Shown: positions 11,936-24,622 of the stretch, piece after piece | Layout: the number at the start of each line of letters is the position of its first letter | Position numbering within the stretch: the stretch's first letter is position 1 | Assembly: GCA_050575255.1 (NCBI GenBank) | Contig: JBNZDD010013679.1 | Span: forward strand, 2,593,367 to 2,657,366 | Direction: 5' to 3' | Source of the DNA: Harriotta raleighana | Taxonomy: Eukaryota | DNA: 64,000 bases | Translations under genes and position numbers: made by a program | Notes under the pieces: generated by a model | The model's input: the letters and a program-made list of their open reading frames with translations, nothing else | What the model was told of the DNA's origin: nothing | Databases searched by the model: none

Positions 11936-12419
11936 TTTCTTCATTACACTTGAGAATATTACCAAAAATATTATGAGGTATTTTGAAGTGATAACGTACT
12001 ATGGAAATTTCTCATTCTTTCTTCCTTGTACAGTACCTCCTATGGTGCAATAATGTAGGCTGGGCATGTCAAGCTAATTCAGGAAGTCTTCCATTGCTTC
12101 TTGACACTCTGTTGGGTTCAGTTTTATTGCCAGACAAGAATTGATAGGCCTAGAATTGGCTGTGCAAAATTTGTATTTTCTTTTCTTTACCGGAGTTGTA
12201 AAATACACCAACAAAATCGGATAATAATAATCCTTGCATTTATAGTTATAACGCCTAGAATTTTGAAATGTTTCTGTGTCCTTCACAAGGAATTGCCATC
12301 AAAAGTAATACCATTAGCAGATTTTTTTTAATGCCCTGATGTTCAAAATCAGTAACCTCAGATGTGCATGTGTAGGCAAATAAGGCAAACATTTTGCAAG
12401 GTCTTCCAAACAATTATGA

Positions 12420-12860
12420 GGGGAATGATCAATTTTATCTAGAGCATTTGTTGTCCAGGAAACTTGGATAAACTCTCTTCTAATAATGGCATCAGATTCT
12501 TTATATCCATCTAATCAGGTAGACAGCTAATCAGGTAGACAGTTGAAGTTGGAAAAGAACATGTGAGCAATAAAAATAATACCAATAATCCTTGCATTTG
12601 ATATAGCACCATTCATGCCAGGATGACTGTAAGGATTGACTGCAAAGTGCAGTGACTCTTTATTTATTTTAGCAAAATCACAGCCAATTTGTGCACAGCA
12701 ATTTCTCACAAACAACCTTGAAATTAATGATCGATTTTATTTGAAGGATTCTCAGCCAGAAAGCTTGGAGAAACTTCCTTCTCTTCTCAAGTATTGCCGT
12801 GGGATAAAATTAACGTCAACTGAGGATAAGTGGAACAATTGAGGCATAAGCTATGTTGAA
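12420..12860 (-). mobile_element. Decayed Deu-SINE fragments
   Basis: Antisense tail CCTTGCATTTGATATAGCACC and GGAGAAACTTCCTTCTCTTCTCAAGTATTGCCGTGGGA. Confidence 0.6.
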
Positions 12861-13669
12861 GTTAAAGGAACCAATTAAACCTGTGATCAAATTTCAGGGT
12901 TCTCATGGATATACCAAGTACTTTCTACGAGTATCACAACAGAAATTCCCTCCAGTTTGAACCTGAAGCTCAAATTCATTCAGACATTCAACCCAACATA
13001 GTACACCATAACCTCCTCTCTGCTCACCTTAGGCAAGGAAAAGAAAGGTGAGCAACTACCTAACAGCACTGCTCCTGATATCTTTCATCCTGGTCCAGCC
13101 TGACTGAATTTATTCGCCTTGCCCAGGTGTGTGTTTTGGCAGCAGTTCCGAGATCACTTCTGGGAGTGACTGCCACCAGGTTTTATATGTAATACCTGTA
13201 GAGAATGTTTAACTACTTGACTCACTATCAAACATTTAGTAGTTCAGTAGCTATACAGCCATGTCATTCAAACTCTGTCGCCTGGTCAAATGCGCTTTGG
13301 CATTTCTCAGCTAGTCTTCTAGTTGGTACGACACATGAGACAATCCATCTCCTGAGGGAAGGAAAATATCTGCCGAATCCAATTGAGTCGACTTGTACTA
13401 TAAAAAGCTATGCTGGAGATGGTCGTAGAGCAATTTGCAAACCAAACTTTCTCCACACTTCAGACTATGTCAGTTTGTACGGGCAAATAGTAGAGCTGGG
13501 AGAAATATTAAGAACAGTAATGAGTTTAATGTTATTAGTACTAAGTTATTTAAGAGTAAGTTTGGCTGTTTTCATTTGATATAGCTCCTTTCATGTCTCA
13601 TTTCAGGAGAACATCTCAAAGTGCTTCACAGGCTTTACTGTACAATGTGGTAACAATTCCACAGCAGTA

Positions 13670-13830
13670 CTTTGAACTCACAATCTGAGCTGGCTTTCCA
13701 ATGCAAGACTAGAGTTGCTAATTGGTAGAGTTGCTGTTCTTTGGGTAAGACATCAAATCAAGATCCCATCTGCCTGTCCAAGTGAAAATTAATGATCTCC
13801 CGGCACTATTCAATGAGATGGGAGTTTACA
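13670..13830 (+). mobile_element. Deu-domain SINE fragment
   Basis: GTTCTTTGGGTAAGACATCAAATCAAGATCCCATCTGCCTG...GATCTCCCGGCACTATT. Confidence 0.65.
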
Positions 13831-15577
13831 AAATGTGGGATCAACTATACGATTTAAGGAAAAGAATCTTTGGATTATGGAAAATAAATCGAGGAGCCTG
13901 CTGTTCAGCTCACCCACCTTCTCCTCCTCCTCTTCCCTATGCCACCGCTGTAACTAAGGGTACACTAACAACAACACTCTACTTGTTTCCACATTTTGCA
14001 ACCTCCCTTCTCTTTGAATAGTGCCAACCTGTCAACATTAATGGCTCTGAATATTCGATTCTGCATAATGTAAAGAATTAAAAATAAAAGCAAGTCTACA
14101 CTTGCACAACTAATGATATTCAGTCAATAAGCAGAAAGTGCTAATCTTGCCATACTTGGAAGGCAACACAGAAGCAATCTATTAAATATGCGAGGGTTAA
14201 TTGATAGAAGGGTTAAACCATTCTTGCATACCCATTGATTTCTTCCCATTTCCCACATGGGCACTTCTTTTGCTAAACCATTTCTGAGTTGCCTTCTCCA
14301 CAGTTTGCTGCAAACTTCAGTCCCTTGGGAGCCCTATTGCTGTGCTCTTCTGTTGAACATTAATTATCGAGAGCCAACCTATTTGACTAATCAGCAGTAG
14401 AAGTCCACAGGGCTCAACTTCTGAATGGCAAATGCCAATATCCACTGCCTTCTGTATGGATTAACAAACCAATATGGAGAAAAAGATCCATCATACTGTC
14501 ACCGATTCCTGGAGTGCAGTTAGAGGCCTGCCAGTTAAAGTAGGAGATTTACCTTGCACTGCTCAAGAGTAATAGCAGATGCATGATAAATAGGAGCCCC
14601 TGTGCTTAAGTGCTGAGGCAAGCTCAAGGTTTTTAACATGCTCTATTGTTCTGGGACCTTTCGAGCACCTTTGGTCATGATCGACAAGGGGCCGCTTCTG
14701 GTGTCGGGACCTTGTTGTGTTCTTTCCTTTGAAAAAAAACATGCGAAACGGTGTGTAAAAAAAAAAGTTAATTACTTTATTTGTCAGGGGATCACAGTGT
14801 ACAGCGTTTTGTCAGCTTTGTTGAAGGTGGGTCATAGGTTAGGAGGCATAGCCTACTGTGGCAGATTTTTTGCCAAAGGAGCTGTCAGTGCAGAATAGTT
14901 TAATTACTTTCTGATTGCTTTTCATGGTGAGAATTTTGAATACCAGGAAAGTTAAAATATGTCCTAGGTTTTTCCGGCACCCAAACGGGAATTTAAATAC
15001 CTTGTCATAGTGACATAAGACACACAGTGTAGCTGAGTAGTGCTGTGCAAGTCCTTAACTAACGCTGAGTGTTAGAAAGACATCTTTATTCCTGGGTGGG
15101 GGGGGAGGGGGCGGGGGAGTGGGGATAGAGTGGGGATGTACAGGTTTGTGATGGCAAATTAATCAGAAGTGCTAAATTATTCCAAATCTGACCTTCCCAA
15201 ACTGGATCTGATCTAAGCTTCTATAGTGAACCAAACGTTATTAAAAACTCAGAAGCTGCCCACAAACTGAGAAATGTGACAGCTACAAATATTGCGTGAT
15301 GGATACAGTATGTGCTTATCAGCGCACTCATGCGACTTTAGCACTTATTAAAACAACATTCTGGTTGCATAAGGATGCTGGAAGTCTACAAACAATCACC
15401 TACTTTGATATTGTATTGTCAGATCAATCTAATGTCATGCCCAATGCTGGAGTTACAAAATTAGAGTGCCTGAGACTGTCAGAGCTTACCCTAACAAAAT
15501 GTTTTAATGCTAAAATAGTATAAAATGCAGTACAAGTCATAGCTGTGAGTAAACTCCCTCAGGTCAATGGCATTCAT

Positions 15578-16155
15578 CCTGGCTCAGTTGGTAGCACACT
15601 CACCTCTGTGTTGACTGGGTTGTTAATTTAATCTCACGTCGGGACATTGAGCTCACTGTCTAGGCTGACACTCCATTGCAGTGTACTGGAGCAGTAGCAA
15701 CAACAACAAAATTACATTTCACGTCGGGAGGACGTCCCAAGGCGTTGGACAATCAGGGGTTAGGACCCGAGCATGGCAGGGTTAGGATGAGGGATGGCAG
15801 AGAGGAAGGAGGGGCTGCTGAATGCTTCAGGGAGGCAAAGGGGGGCAGCAAGGCGAAGGGATTGTGGGATGGAGCAGCAGGGCACTTTCATATGAAACAT
15901 TAAGCCGGGATCCTATTTGCCTGCTCAGCTACATTGTAAAGAGCGCATGAAAAAGAAGGGAGTCTGGCGTGGACAACAGTCCTCTGGGTAATTTGGTCAT
16001 TCACCTCATGACTGTGTGCAAGTTTACTGTATGAAAATTCCCCGGCCAGATTAATTTAAAAACACAGGAACTACACTTTACAGCAATTTCTTGACAATGT
16101 CCTTTGAGTTGTTTCAGCATTGTAGATCCTATATCAAATGCAATTATTCTTTTTA
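15578..16155 (+). mobile_element. Near full-length Deu-SINE containing an antisense L2 3' end (15698-15869)
   Basis: Head TGGCTCAGTTGGTAGCACACTCACCTCTG, Deu core and tail. The L2 insert is flanked by TGGAGCAGTAG / TGGAGCAGCAG (10/11 TSD). Confidence 0.8.
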
Positions 16156-16835
16156 TTATCAACGCAATGTGTGCTACAAAGAGGACAGTTGATGAGATGG
16201 AGCCTTGGGATAAGTCTCTTGTCCTGGCCACAATCCGCCCAAATAAAAGTGATCATTCACTTCACAACTGTTTGTGAGACATTCTAAGAATCAAATTGAC
16301 TGCTGTGTTCACCCTAAAAACACAGTTCACAATAAAATCCTTTGAACTGCTTTGACATGCGCTCTGAGACGCTGTCTGGCATGGAGGGTACTGTATAAAT
16401 CCAAGTTGTTGTTATTGACGACATGTGAAATGTTAAGGATCTATCACACATCCAATAATTTATTTATTATTCCCTTTCCCAGAATTGATTATGATTCATT
16501 CTTAATTTTGGCATTTGTAGGTTATTAGGTTAATCTATTTGAGGGATATATTGTACGTTGAGATAGGATGGAGAGAGGGTGCATAATTCATTCAGACACA
16601 GGGAACTTTCAATGTATAGGTGGCTTATGTGGAACTCTGGTTTTGATACTGTGAAGCACTCTTAGGTAATAGGTTTCCACATGTATCAGACACTCAGCTG
16701 ACCTAAACCAAATACTGTCAGGTATGTCACCTCATCAAAGGTTTCACTTAATATGACCATGTCTGACATTGGAACTGGGATTGCCTGGCCTAGCCTCACT
16801 GCCTCAGGATTATTGTGTCAGTGACACAACGCATT

Positions 16836-16995
16836 TCCAGCTCCTTAGGATGTCTTCCTGATGTGAAACAACAAACAACAACAACAAAAATTTACACTTG
16901 TATAGCGCCTTTCACGTCAGGAGGATGTCCCAAAGCGCTGTGAAAATGCCCTTGAAAGGCGCTATACAAGTGTCATTTTGTTGTTGTTGTTGTTG
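16836..16995. repeat. L2 tail inserted antisense into another L2 tail, forming a hairpin
   Basis: ACACTTGTATAGCGCCTTTCA (16894-16914) is the exact reverse complement of 16953-16973. TGTGAAA is duplicated at the insertion site. Confidence 0.9.
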
Positions 16996-17174
16996 TGTGC
17001 CAGGGACATTTAGTTGTTCAGTTTAACTTGTGAAGATATTATGGCTGGACACGTCTGCTGTACACTTTGTGCATTTGCGTGGAGCAGCTGAATAAATAAG
17101 GTGCAACAACAACAACTTCAATTTATATCGAAATTATATTTTATTATTGCAATACATTGCGATTATAAAGAGAA

Positions 17175-17720
17175 GCAAACTAATTGGGACTTTTTCCCTC
17201 TTGATCAGAGGAAAGTGAGAGGGGAAGTGATGGAAGTGTTTAAAATATTGAAGGGCATAATAAAATTAATAATCATCTTTAAATTTGATATTGTGCCTTT
17301 CACATTCGGAAGATATCTGAAAGTGCTTCACAGAATTTGCTGTGGGTGAAATACATGACATGTTAGATAGGAGAAAATAATAGTTCCTTTAGTTGGGGAA
17401 CAAGCAACAAGCAGTCGAAATTTGTATAGCACCTTTCATGTTGGGAGGATGACCAAGTCTCTATATTTATTAACAGAAAATTAGGTGAATGGAAGGAATT
17501 GTTTCACTCAGAGAAATGTTAGGGTGTGAAATTCAATATGATAGTGGCAATTGAGGCTGATGGAATAGAACCATTCACATGGGAAGTGGATAGGCACCTG
17601 AGCAGTAAAAACATAAGAGTGAGCCAGAAAATGCGATTAATAAAAAGGAGTGATTTAGCTAAATGGGTAACTGGAGTACAGGAACAATAGTCTGTAAGCC
17701 TCCATCTTTGCAGAAAATAC
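17175..17720 (+). mobile_element. CR1 LINE 3' region, interrupted by SINE and L2 tails
   Basis: FFPLDQRKVRGEVMEVFKILKG resembles CR1 LFSLEQRRLRGDLIEVFKILKG. A later FTQR motif follows. Confidence 0.8.
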
Positions 17721-17997
17721 TTACGTTTCTCTACCTTGTTTACAACAACAACATTATATTATTTATAGTGCTTATCACGTTGGGAAGTTGTCCCACAGTA
17801 CTGGACAATTATTGTTTCACATAGTTTAGGTAATAATGAGAGGAAAGGCATTTGGTGGGGTGTTATTTCGGGCTATTGGAATGCTTTGAGAGATAATAAT
17901 TATGCATAAAGCCATTGCACATATGGCATAAACCACAGCAGATGAACAATTTGAATGTTGGAATTGACTCCGTATCATGTATTGTGGCAGATGGTTT

Positions 17998-18320
17998 AAT
18001 AATAATAATCCTGGCATTTGATATAACGCATTTCACATCTTATTGACATCTCAAAGCACTTCACATAATATACTATAAAATGAATTGACTGTATATATGT
18101 GGGAGAAATGCAGCAGCCAATTGCGCACAACAGCGTCCCACAAACAGTCGTGGATTGAAAATGACCAATTTTATTATTGTATTTTTTTTGGATGGATTAG
18201 TATTATTAGGAGTGTGGAATAAGTAAACTTGTCCTAGATTTCGCCCTGATCTGCCTGATTTCAAACACAGGTCTCATGCTCGTAAGGCGAGTGCTCCAAC
18301 CACTGAGCCACAGGAGCTCC
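17998..18320 (-). mobile_element. Full-length main-family tRNA SINE
   Basis: Minus strand: A-box TGGCTCAGTGG, decayed B-box, body and (ATT)n tail. Confidence 0.92.
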
Positions 18321-20149
18321 GGGTTTGCCTTGATATAAGAGCTGTATCCAAAGCAATTATTTGGTCACAAATTACTTGGTGAGCTTTTCATTAACCTTTT
18401 TACACCTCCCTCTGGTTAAAAACAATGCCGCTTATCTGTAATTATCCAAGAGCACACATCATTGGCACACAAACTGTAAACTTTACAACCTACTTGATGA
18501 GGTTTTTTTTAACTCACCTAATGAATGTCTAGGAATAAAAGTGAAATATTGCAGTGTTTGGAAAACGTTACTTTATAAGAAATCATTGGTTTTATTTGTG
18601 ATTTGGAAGTCTGGACATTCATTGTTCATTTACTATAATTTCCCATTACAAAAGTGCACAGGGGCTTACGATGGTTCTTTGTCCAGCTTCTTGAAAAATC
18701 AATTCTTCCAGGATTCATGAACGAATGTTGAACTTTAAGAATTGTTGTTCCTTTGGTATTTTTTTGGGAGGGGAACACGGTCTTATCTTTTCTGTAAAAA
18801 GCTAGAAAAAAAAGTAGTCTGATGGGAAATAAGGAGCAGTGACCAAGGCAAAAACACACAGAGAGGTGCACACAAAAAGGAAAGAGGTGGGAAGGAATAG
18901 AAGAAGCACGGAGGAACACACTCTAACGTTATTATTTTTGTTATTGCACCAATAGAGCAGACAAGGGAAATGCGACACAAACGCATACCTACAGAGCAAG
19001 AGTGATGTACACATACAGAAATAAAGACAGAAACAGACGCATACATATTGAGAGAGCAATAGAGAGAGAGAGAACGTAAAAGAGGATAAATTGCTGATAC
19101 CAGCATTGCAATTACTCTTAACCAGAAATTCCCCACATTATTCTCTCTGGCCAGGATTTTGGTGTAATTTGGTTTGGATATTTTTAAGGATGGTGATGGG
19201 TGTGTGTCAGAAACCCAGATGACATTAAAAGAAAATGAGTCTACACAAGGGCAGTTTAGGGCAGTGCATATTGCACCAAACACATCCTGACTAACAAGAG
19301 TAACTACATTTTTAAATATTCCAAGTTCAATCATATAAATCAATGCACTAGTGTTCCTGTAATTAAATTCCCATTAGATACAGTTACCAGAGTGAAATGA
19401 TTATTTGAATATTACAGCTGCAGCTTATTAAAGAAAACAACTTAGCACATTTTGCTGCAAAGTGAATCGTGAAAAATGATCAATCTTCTAGAAGGAACAA
19501 ATGTTGTTATACTGTCTATCATTGATGGTGTCAGTTTCCCACTGCCGGATATGAAAACTGCCCTGTACATTTGCTTTTCAGAAACAATGGACCTAAGCAA
19601 ATCCGCGTGACGGTAACACAAGCTAAGAGTTAGGTGCATCCAAGAATCAAAGTAAACAAGCACAAAAAGAACATCCTGATTTTCTATCACAAAGAGTTTA
19701 AAAAGCCTTGTTCTTTTAAGAAGATATTGCAACAATACAGTACAAATTAACATTTATATAGTGCCTTTCATATTGGAGTCCCAAAGCACTTAATAGTATT
19801 GTCTGAAAACCTGAGCTGGAGGAGGTTTATAGACAGACCTCGAATGAGGTAAGGGAGGAGTTTGTATGCATGTCAGAGTCCCTGGAACTCCATCCCAGAC
19901 AGTAAAGCAGAAAATCTGCACACTGAAGGTACTTAAAAATCCCATGGTTTATATTAGATTTCATTATTATCAAATGTGCTATCAAATCTGTAATGAAGCA
20001 TCACATTTTCCATCCGTTCCTAAAGACTGGTTACCTTCCCTCAAAGTGAGAGTTGAAGGGAGCAATGTTGGATCCCCGACTGTCCAGCAATCTGGGATGT
20101 CAGCCTGACATGCAAGGGACTATAGAAATTTAATTTGTTGTTGTTGAGT

Positions 20150-20320
20150 AAACTCTCTGGTGGTGGTCTTAGTGAGAAAATGTCTGAGACAGGCAGGTCC
20201 ACAGTACCCAAGGGCACAATTGTTGATTGACCAGTCTCCCTGCTCATTGATGGATTCTCGGCAGGGTTAAAATGTCATGGAGGGCGGGATTCTTCCCACT
20301 AGACTCCTCATGATCCTGAA
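20150..20320 (-). repeat. Unclassified dispersed repeat, partial copy B
   Basis: Reverse complement contains AGTGGGAAGAATCCCGCCCTCCA, GTGCCCTTGGGTACTGTGGACCTGCCTG and GACCACCACCAGAGAG, all matching 23294-23430. Confidence 0.65.
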
Positions 20321-21007
20321 ATCAAACATTCTGATTCGAGAAGTAGCAGAAATCTTACCAGTATCTTGTAATACACCAACATGAGGTTCAATTCAATACC
20401 AACTCACACAACCTAGGTACTGGAAACTGGCATGTGTTCCTAATGATGCCCCTTACTTACTCAATTCAGGCCTCTTTGTAAACAGAATGTGAATTTCAGA
20501 AATAGTAAACCAGAAATTCTGTTCTTGCCACCTAAACTAGAGATTCTTAGGCAACGTAAAGAATTTGTATGCATGTCAGAATCCCAGTGAAGCAAAACAT
20601 TGTTCTGCACCATGTTTTAAGGACAATTACAGTCTCACTGTATGCATGTTGATTCATTGATTCCACTCTAGTCCTGCCAGAAGAGAAATAGCGAACCTGC
20701 GCATGTACTAAACTGCCGCCAGTGATGGGAGAGAAGGTTACAAGTACTATATGTTACTGCCAGCTTGTAACAGAATAGATCATCCGAATAACATACGGAT
20801 AATGAATGACTGACACCAAGATATAAGACAGTAACGTCATTTAAGGGTTGTGGTGACACAGAGGTAATGTAATCACGATTGTTTAATTCAATTACTGCCT
20901 GTCTTGGGCCAGACATTTTCCAGTCTTTACAACATACAGAATTTTGCATTTTTCCAGCTGGTGAAAAGTAGTCCAGATTTGGCTGCTCACCAGTAACACT
21001 AAGGGTA

Positions 21008-21650
21008 AAATAATGCTTGCATCTGATAATAGTGCCTTATCATATCATGGAGCTGTCTCAAATTGCTTCACAGAATATATTGTAAAGTGAATTTCTGGGC
21101 AAAACACACCAACCAATTGTGCACAATAGTATCCAGTCATGGAATTTATTTTTGAAGGGATTATTACTCCCCAGAAAGTGATCTGGCAATCAACTAAGTG
21201 AACAAAGAGTGAAGGCTGCATACTGGGAATCCACAAACTAAGTTCAATGTACACCATTGATGGATTAATAACATCTTATTTATACATTCATTTCATAATA
21301 TTTCTGTGGGTGGTCCGCTTTGGTGGTAGTTAGAGCACTCGCTAGTGAGATTCCTGGGCCAGTGAATGGTTGGGCAAGTTTTCTTATTACACAAAAAAAA
21401 TGTGTATTTAAATAGTGCCCTTCACATGGGGTAGCGTCCCAGAGGGCTTCAAAGTAGCTGAGGCTGATCCCGAGCCAGGGGGAGAGGGAGGTGGATGTTA
21501 AACCGTAAGCACGTTTAAAAAAGAAAGTGGGATTTAAGTGGGATTTGAAGGTGGGGTAAGGCGGAGAGTTTGAGGGAGATTTTTCCAGAGTTTCAGGGAG
21601 TAGTGGCTGAAGGTAGGACCACCAATGGTGGAGTGATGAGGTTGAGGAAC
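21008..21650 (-). mobile_element. Cluster: SINE tail (-), SINE head (+, ~21315-21390), L2 3' end (-, 21395-21650)
   Basis: TTAGAGCACTCGC SINE head. The antisense L2 reads FKSHLNPTFFFKRAYG. Confidence 0.7.
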
Positions 21651-21834
21651 AAACAAGAGCAAGCAAGAGTTAAAAAAAAGTAAAAGGATTTCTCCTGGTC
21701 ACTGAGCTGTTATGAAGGGACATTGTGATCACAAGGCTAAGTGTCTCTTATAGTCTGGTGACTTGCCTTTCAGCTGAATTTACCACTTGTCTCTCCTCAA
21801 AGTCTGTGTTGGTCTCAGGAGCCTAGGGTATTTT

Positions 21835-22051
21835 ATAATCTGATAATATTCTCTAAAAAAAACCCAATAATAAATCAGTCACTTAAATCCACAACTGTTT
21901 GTGGGACACTGCTGTGCGCAATTTTGTGCTGCGTTTTGCCCACAAATATACAGTCAATTCACCTTCTGTATATTCTGTGCAGCACTTTGAGACATCTAGA
22001 AGACATGAAAAGTACTATAAGAAATGCACGGATTATTATAATATTATTATT
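21835..22051 (+). mobile_element. Main-family SINE 3' half
   Basis: CTGTTTGTGGGACACTGCTGTGCGCAATT...GGATTATT. Confidence 0.9.
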
Positions 22052-22554
22052 CTGCATTTGAAGGTGAAGGCAGTTTGCAGCACTGATCACATCTGAGCAC
22101 GGTTCTTGTGTAACAGTGTATAACACCACTAAGGGGATAAAAGGGTTCATGTCATTTTATTCATCATCTTATTTGACAAAACTTTTTCATTCTCTATGCT
22201 TGGTGCAAATGCAACTCAAGTGCAAGCCATTGCCAATGTGCAATGCTCATAAAACAGTCTTTCTGCAAATAATTTTAGCTTCACAGAGTGCCCTGTATTT
22301 CATTTTAAGAGAAAGATAAAAGATAATTCCAATGGTGGAGATGTTTCCATCGGAATGTTTATTTTGAGGTTGACATATAGAAACAGCAGTGTGCTTTTGG
22401 CCTGAAAATCAAAATGCTGTATTTTTATCTCTCTGTTCCTACATTTTAGAACTACCTGCTGTTATAAGAACCACAGTATGTATAGCATATTGGTAACACC
22501 AATAAGTGCATTGTACCTATATTGCCTTGAGAGGAGCATGCTATTTTCACAATG

Positions 22555-22803
22555 TGACTCAAGCCTTGAGGTGACAAATGCATATATGAGAGTTTGGGCA
22601 GACTGAGGGATGAGTCAGAGCAGAGTTGGGCAATGTTGCGGAGGTGATGGAAAGCCGTGCTGGTCATGGCATGGATGTAAGCGAGAAAGGATAGTTGAGG
22701 GTCAAACAGTTGAGGGTTCCTGACTGGCTTGGTGAGGTGGAGAGTCTATCTATGGATGCTGATGCTGGCAATGCCTGAGCCAATCAGGAGGGCCTCGATC
22801 TTG
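22555..22803 (-). mobile_element. L2 RT-downstream fragment
   Basis: KIEALLIGS...TAFHHLRNIAQL on the minus strand. Confidence 0.8.
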
Positions 22804-23115
22804 CCAGACAATAAATGTCAAAATAAAAATAACATTTCCCTGGCACTATAAGGTCTCAAAAAACATGATCCTTGACTTCAGGCTGGAACCTAAGATGGCA
22901 GTGAATTTGTTTGAAAATCAGTGATTCAAAGAATGCAAGAAAGGACACTCTTTTTGGAAACCAACTACCATACTTGAGAGTATCCAAAACAGACCAAGAG
23001 TTTCAAGCATCTCACCTATACATGGAAATTTCTGAGATATGTATTGCAATGGGATACGCACTTTTTCCCTGCGGGTGCATTCTGCTTATGTAATTCTATT
23101 CTATCTAATTGTATG

Positions 23116-23468
23116 TTGGCAAGAACCAAGGCTTGGGGACCCTAGAGTGTGTGTTTGGTTAATGTTGGAGTCTAACCAGCTAAACAGCATAGCTTACCAT
23201 TGATAGCAATGACTGGCAAGCTTTCCCATTGCTTGTCCAAACTAGGACCATCCTACCCTTTAGGGCTTTGGCTTGCACAGTTAACATGAGCTTAGTGGGA
23301 AGTGTCCCAGCCTCCAGCAGCTGGTCTGCCCTTGCAAATCCTGCTAATGAGCCAATCTGTCTCGGCTGTCATGAACAGTGCCCTGGTGCAATGTGGACCT
23401 GCCTGGGCTACTGCGACCACCACAGAGGGTTGGCTAAGTTCTGAAGTTTCGTTGACAAACATATCACT
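23116..23468 (+). repeat. Unclassified ~340-bp dispersed repeat, copy C
   Basis: Colinear with 54232-54571 (CTAGGACCATCCTACC, CACAGAGGGTTGGCTA, GTTGACAAACAT). Confidence 0.8.
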
Positions 23469-23689
23469 CTAGAGTCAATTCAGCTCAAAGGAGATCCCAT
23501 ATATAGTGCCATGGGATCTTTCACTTCCATCTGAATGTTGTTAATGTCTCATCTAAAAGTATTTTTACTGGAGAGTGTTATTGAGGGGGGAGATGAATTC
23601 AAGAATTGAGTTTTCTAACAAGCCAGGTTTGACTCTATTAAGTATTTTTAGGATTATCCTTTTATTCTTATTTAATGATTTTGTCTCCT

Positions 23690-24180
23690 TTATTAAACTG
23701 CTTTAGCAAGCTCCATGATGCTTCTTTTTAGGCATGATTTATCCTCCATTTGTAATGCCACATAATTTTTACTTACTGCTGATTCTACTTGTGAATGGGC
23801 CCTTGCTTCCTTTATTTCCTCCATTCTTGGATAGACAACTCCTTTTCCAAAGTACATGATCCGAGGTAATGCTTTCAAACTGACACAATGAAGGACGTTG
23901 GTCTTGAAAAGGAGTCGAGACTGGGATGCAACATGAGTATTCTGTCTGGACATCCAACACATAATGAGTTTGTGAGAGTGAACCTGGACAAATAGGTTCA
24001 GCTAGACCAAGACATGATGCCACAGGTTCACGGTTGTGAAATGTAACTTTATCGCAGGCACCAGGAAATGTTTCTTTGCAGAAAGGGAATTCAACTGTTG
24101 GAATGCTTTGCAGAAACCCTCATGTGCAAGAAATAATCTTGATGCTCCAATGTGGAGAAAGTAGGTTTAGAATTATGGAA
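23690..24180 (-). pseudogene. Probable DIRS-like tyrosine recombinase fossil (frameshifted)
   Basis: Ordered motifs across frameshifts: HFLVP/KVTFHNREPV, PICP...VLDV (23949), RAHS (23792), MED, ASWSLLKQF (23710). These parallel DIRS YR FLPKV..FH, FCP..LDV, AHSTR, EDIC, AASWSS..F. Confidence 0.5.
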
Positions 24181-24622
24181 AGATTAAGTCAAAATAGGCT
24201 AAAGGGCTTTCAACACCCAAATCTCTCTTATGAGCTGGTGAATATTAAATCTAACAGGCAATAGTTAATATTTTTAACTGTAAGACAGTGCACTTAGTTT
24301 ATGGCAGTGCCCTCTTTGGGAGACATGCAAAAATTATGTTTCAAGGAGGAGATGTCATATAAAGGGAGGTTTTATGTTTTTTTTTGCTAGTGAAGGAGCC
24401 ATAAACATTGCATATAAAATCAGATCTCATAATTTTCCAGGGAACCTCATAAAGAGCCCCACTGCAACTTTGAAATGAAATCCTAAGACAGAATTTACAA
24501 TAAGCTATGCTACTTGTAAAACAAGCACAAATCTTTGATCTATTGGACCATTGCCACATTGTACGTACTGATGGGGCTTGGTATAATGCCCTACTCATCA
24601 GTAAGAGCAGAAATTCACCCCA

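Noticed and set aside
13205-13579. 124-aa ORF and CpG-retaining patch (similar patches at 26090-26360 and 36030-36200)
   Set aside because: No recognisable motif in any frame I read and no splice support. May be unidentified TE remnants.
18783-19343. 186-aa hydrophobic minus-strand ORF
   Set aside because: Derived from low-complexity purine-rich DNA with overlapping ORFs in all three frames. No recognisable domain.
20690-20800. TGCGCATG motif and short inverted repeats (GTTACAAG/CTTGTAAC)
   Set aside because: Stems are only 5-8 bp, which is compatible with chance. No miRNA-length hairpin or CpG island.
22911-23093. HLYMEISE and AMG resembling Penelope RT motifs
   Set aside because: The motifs are in the wrong order and there is no YxDD context.
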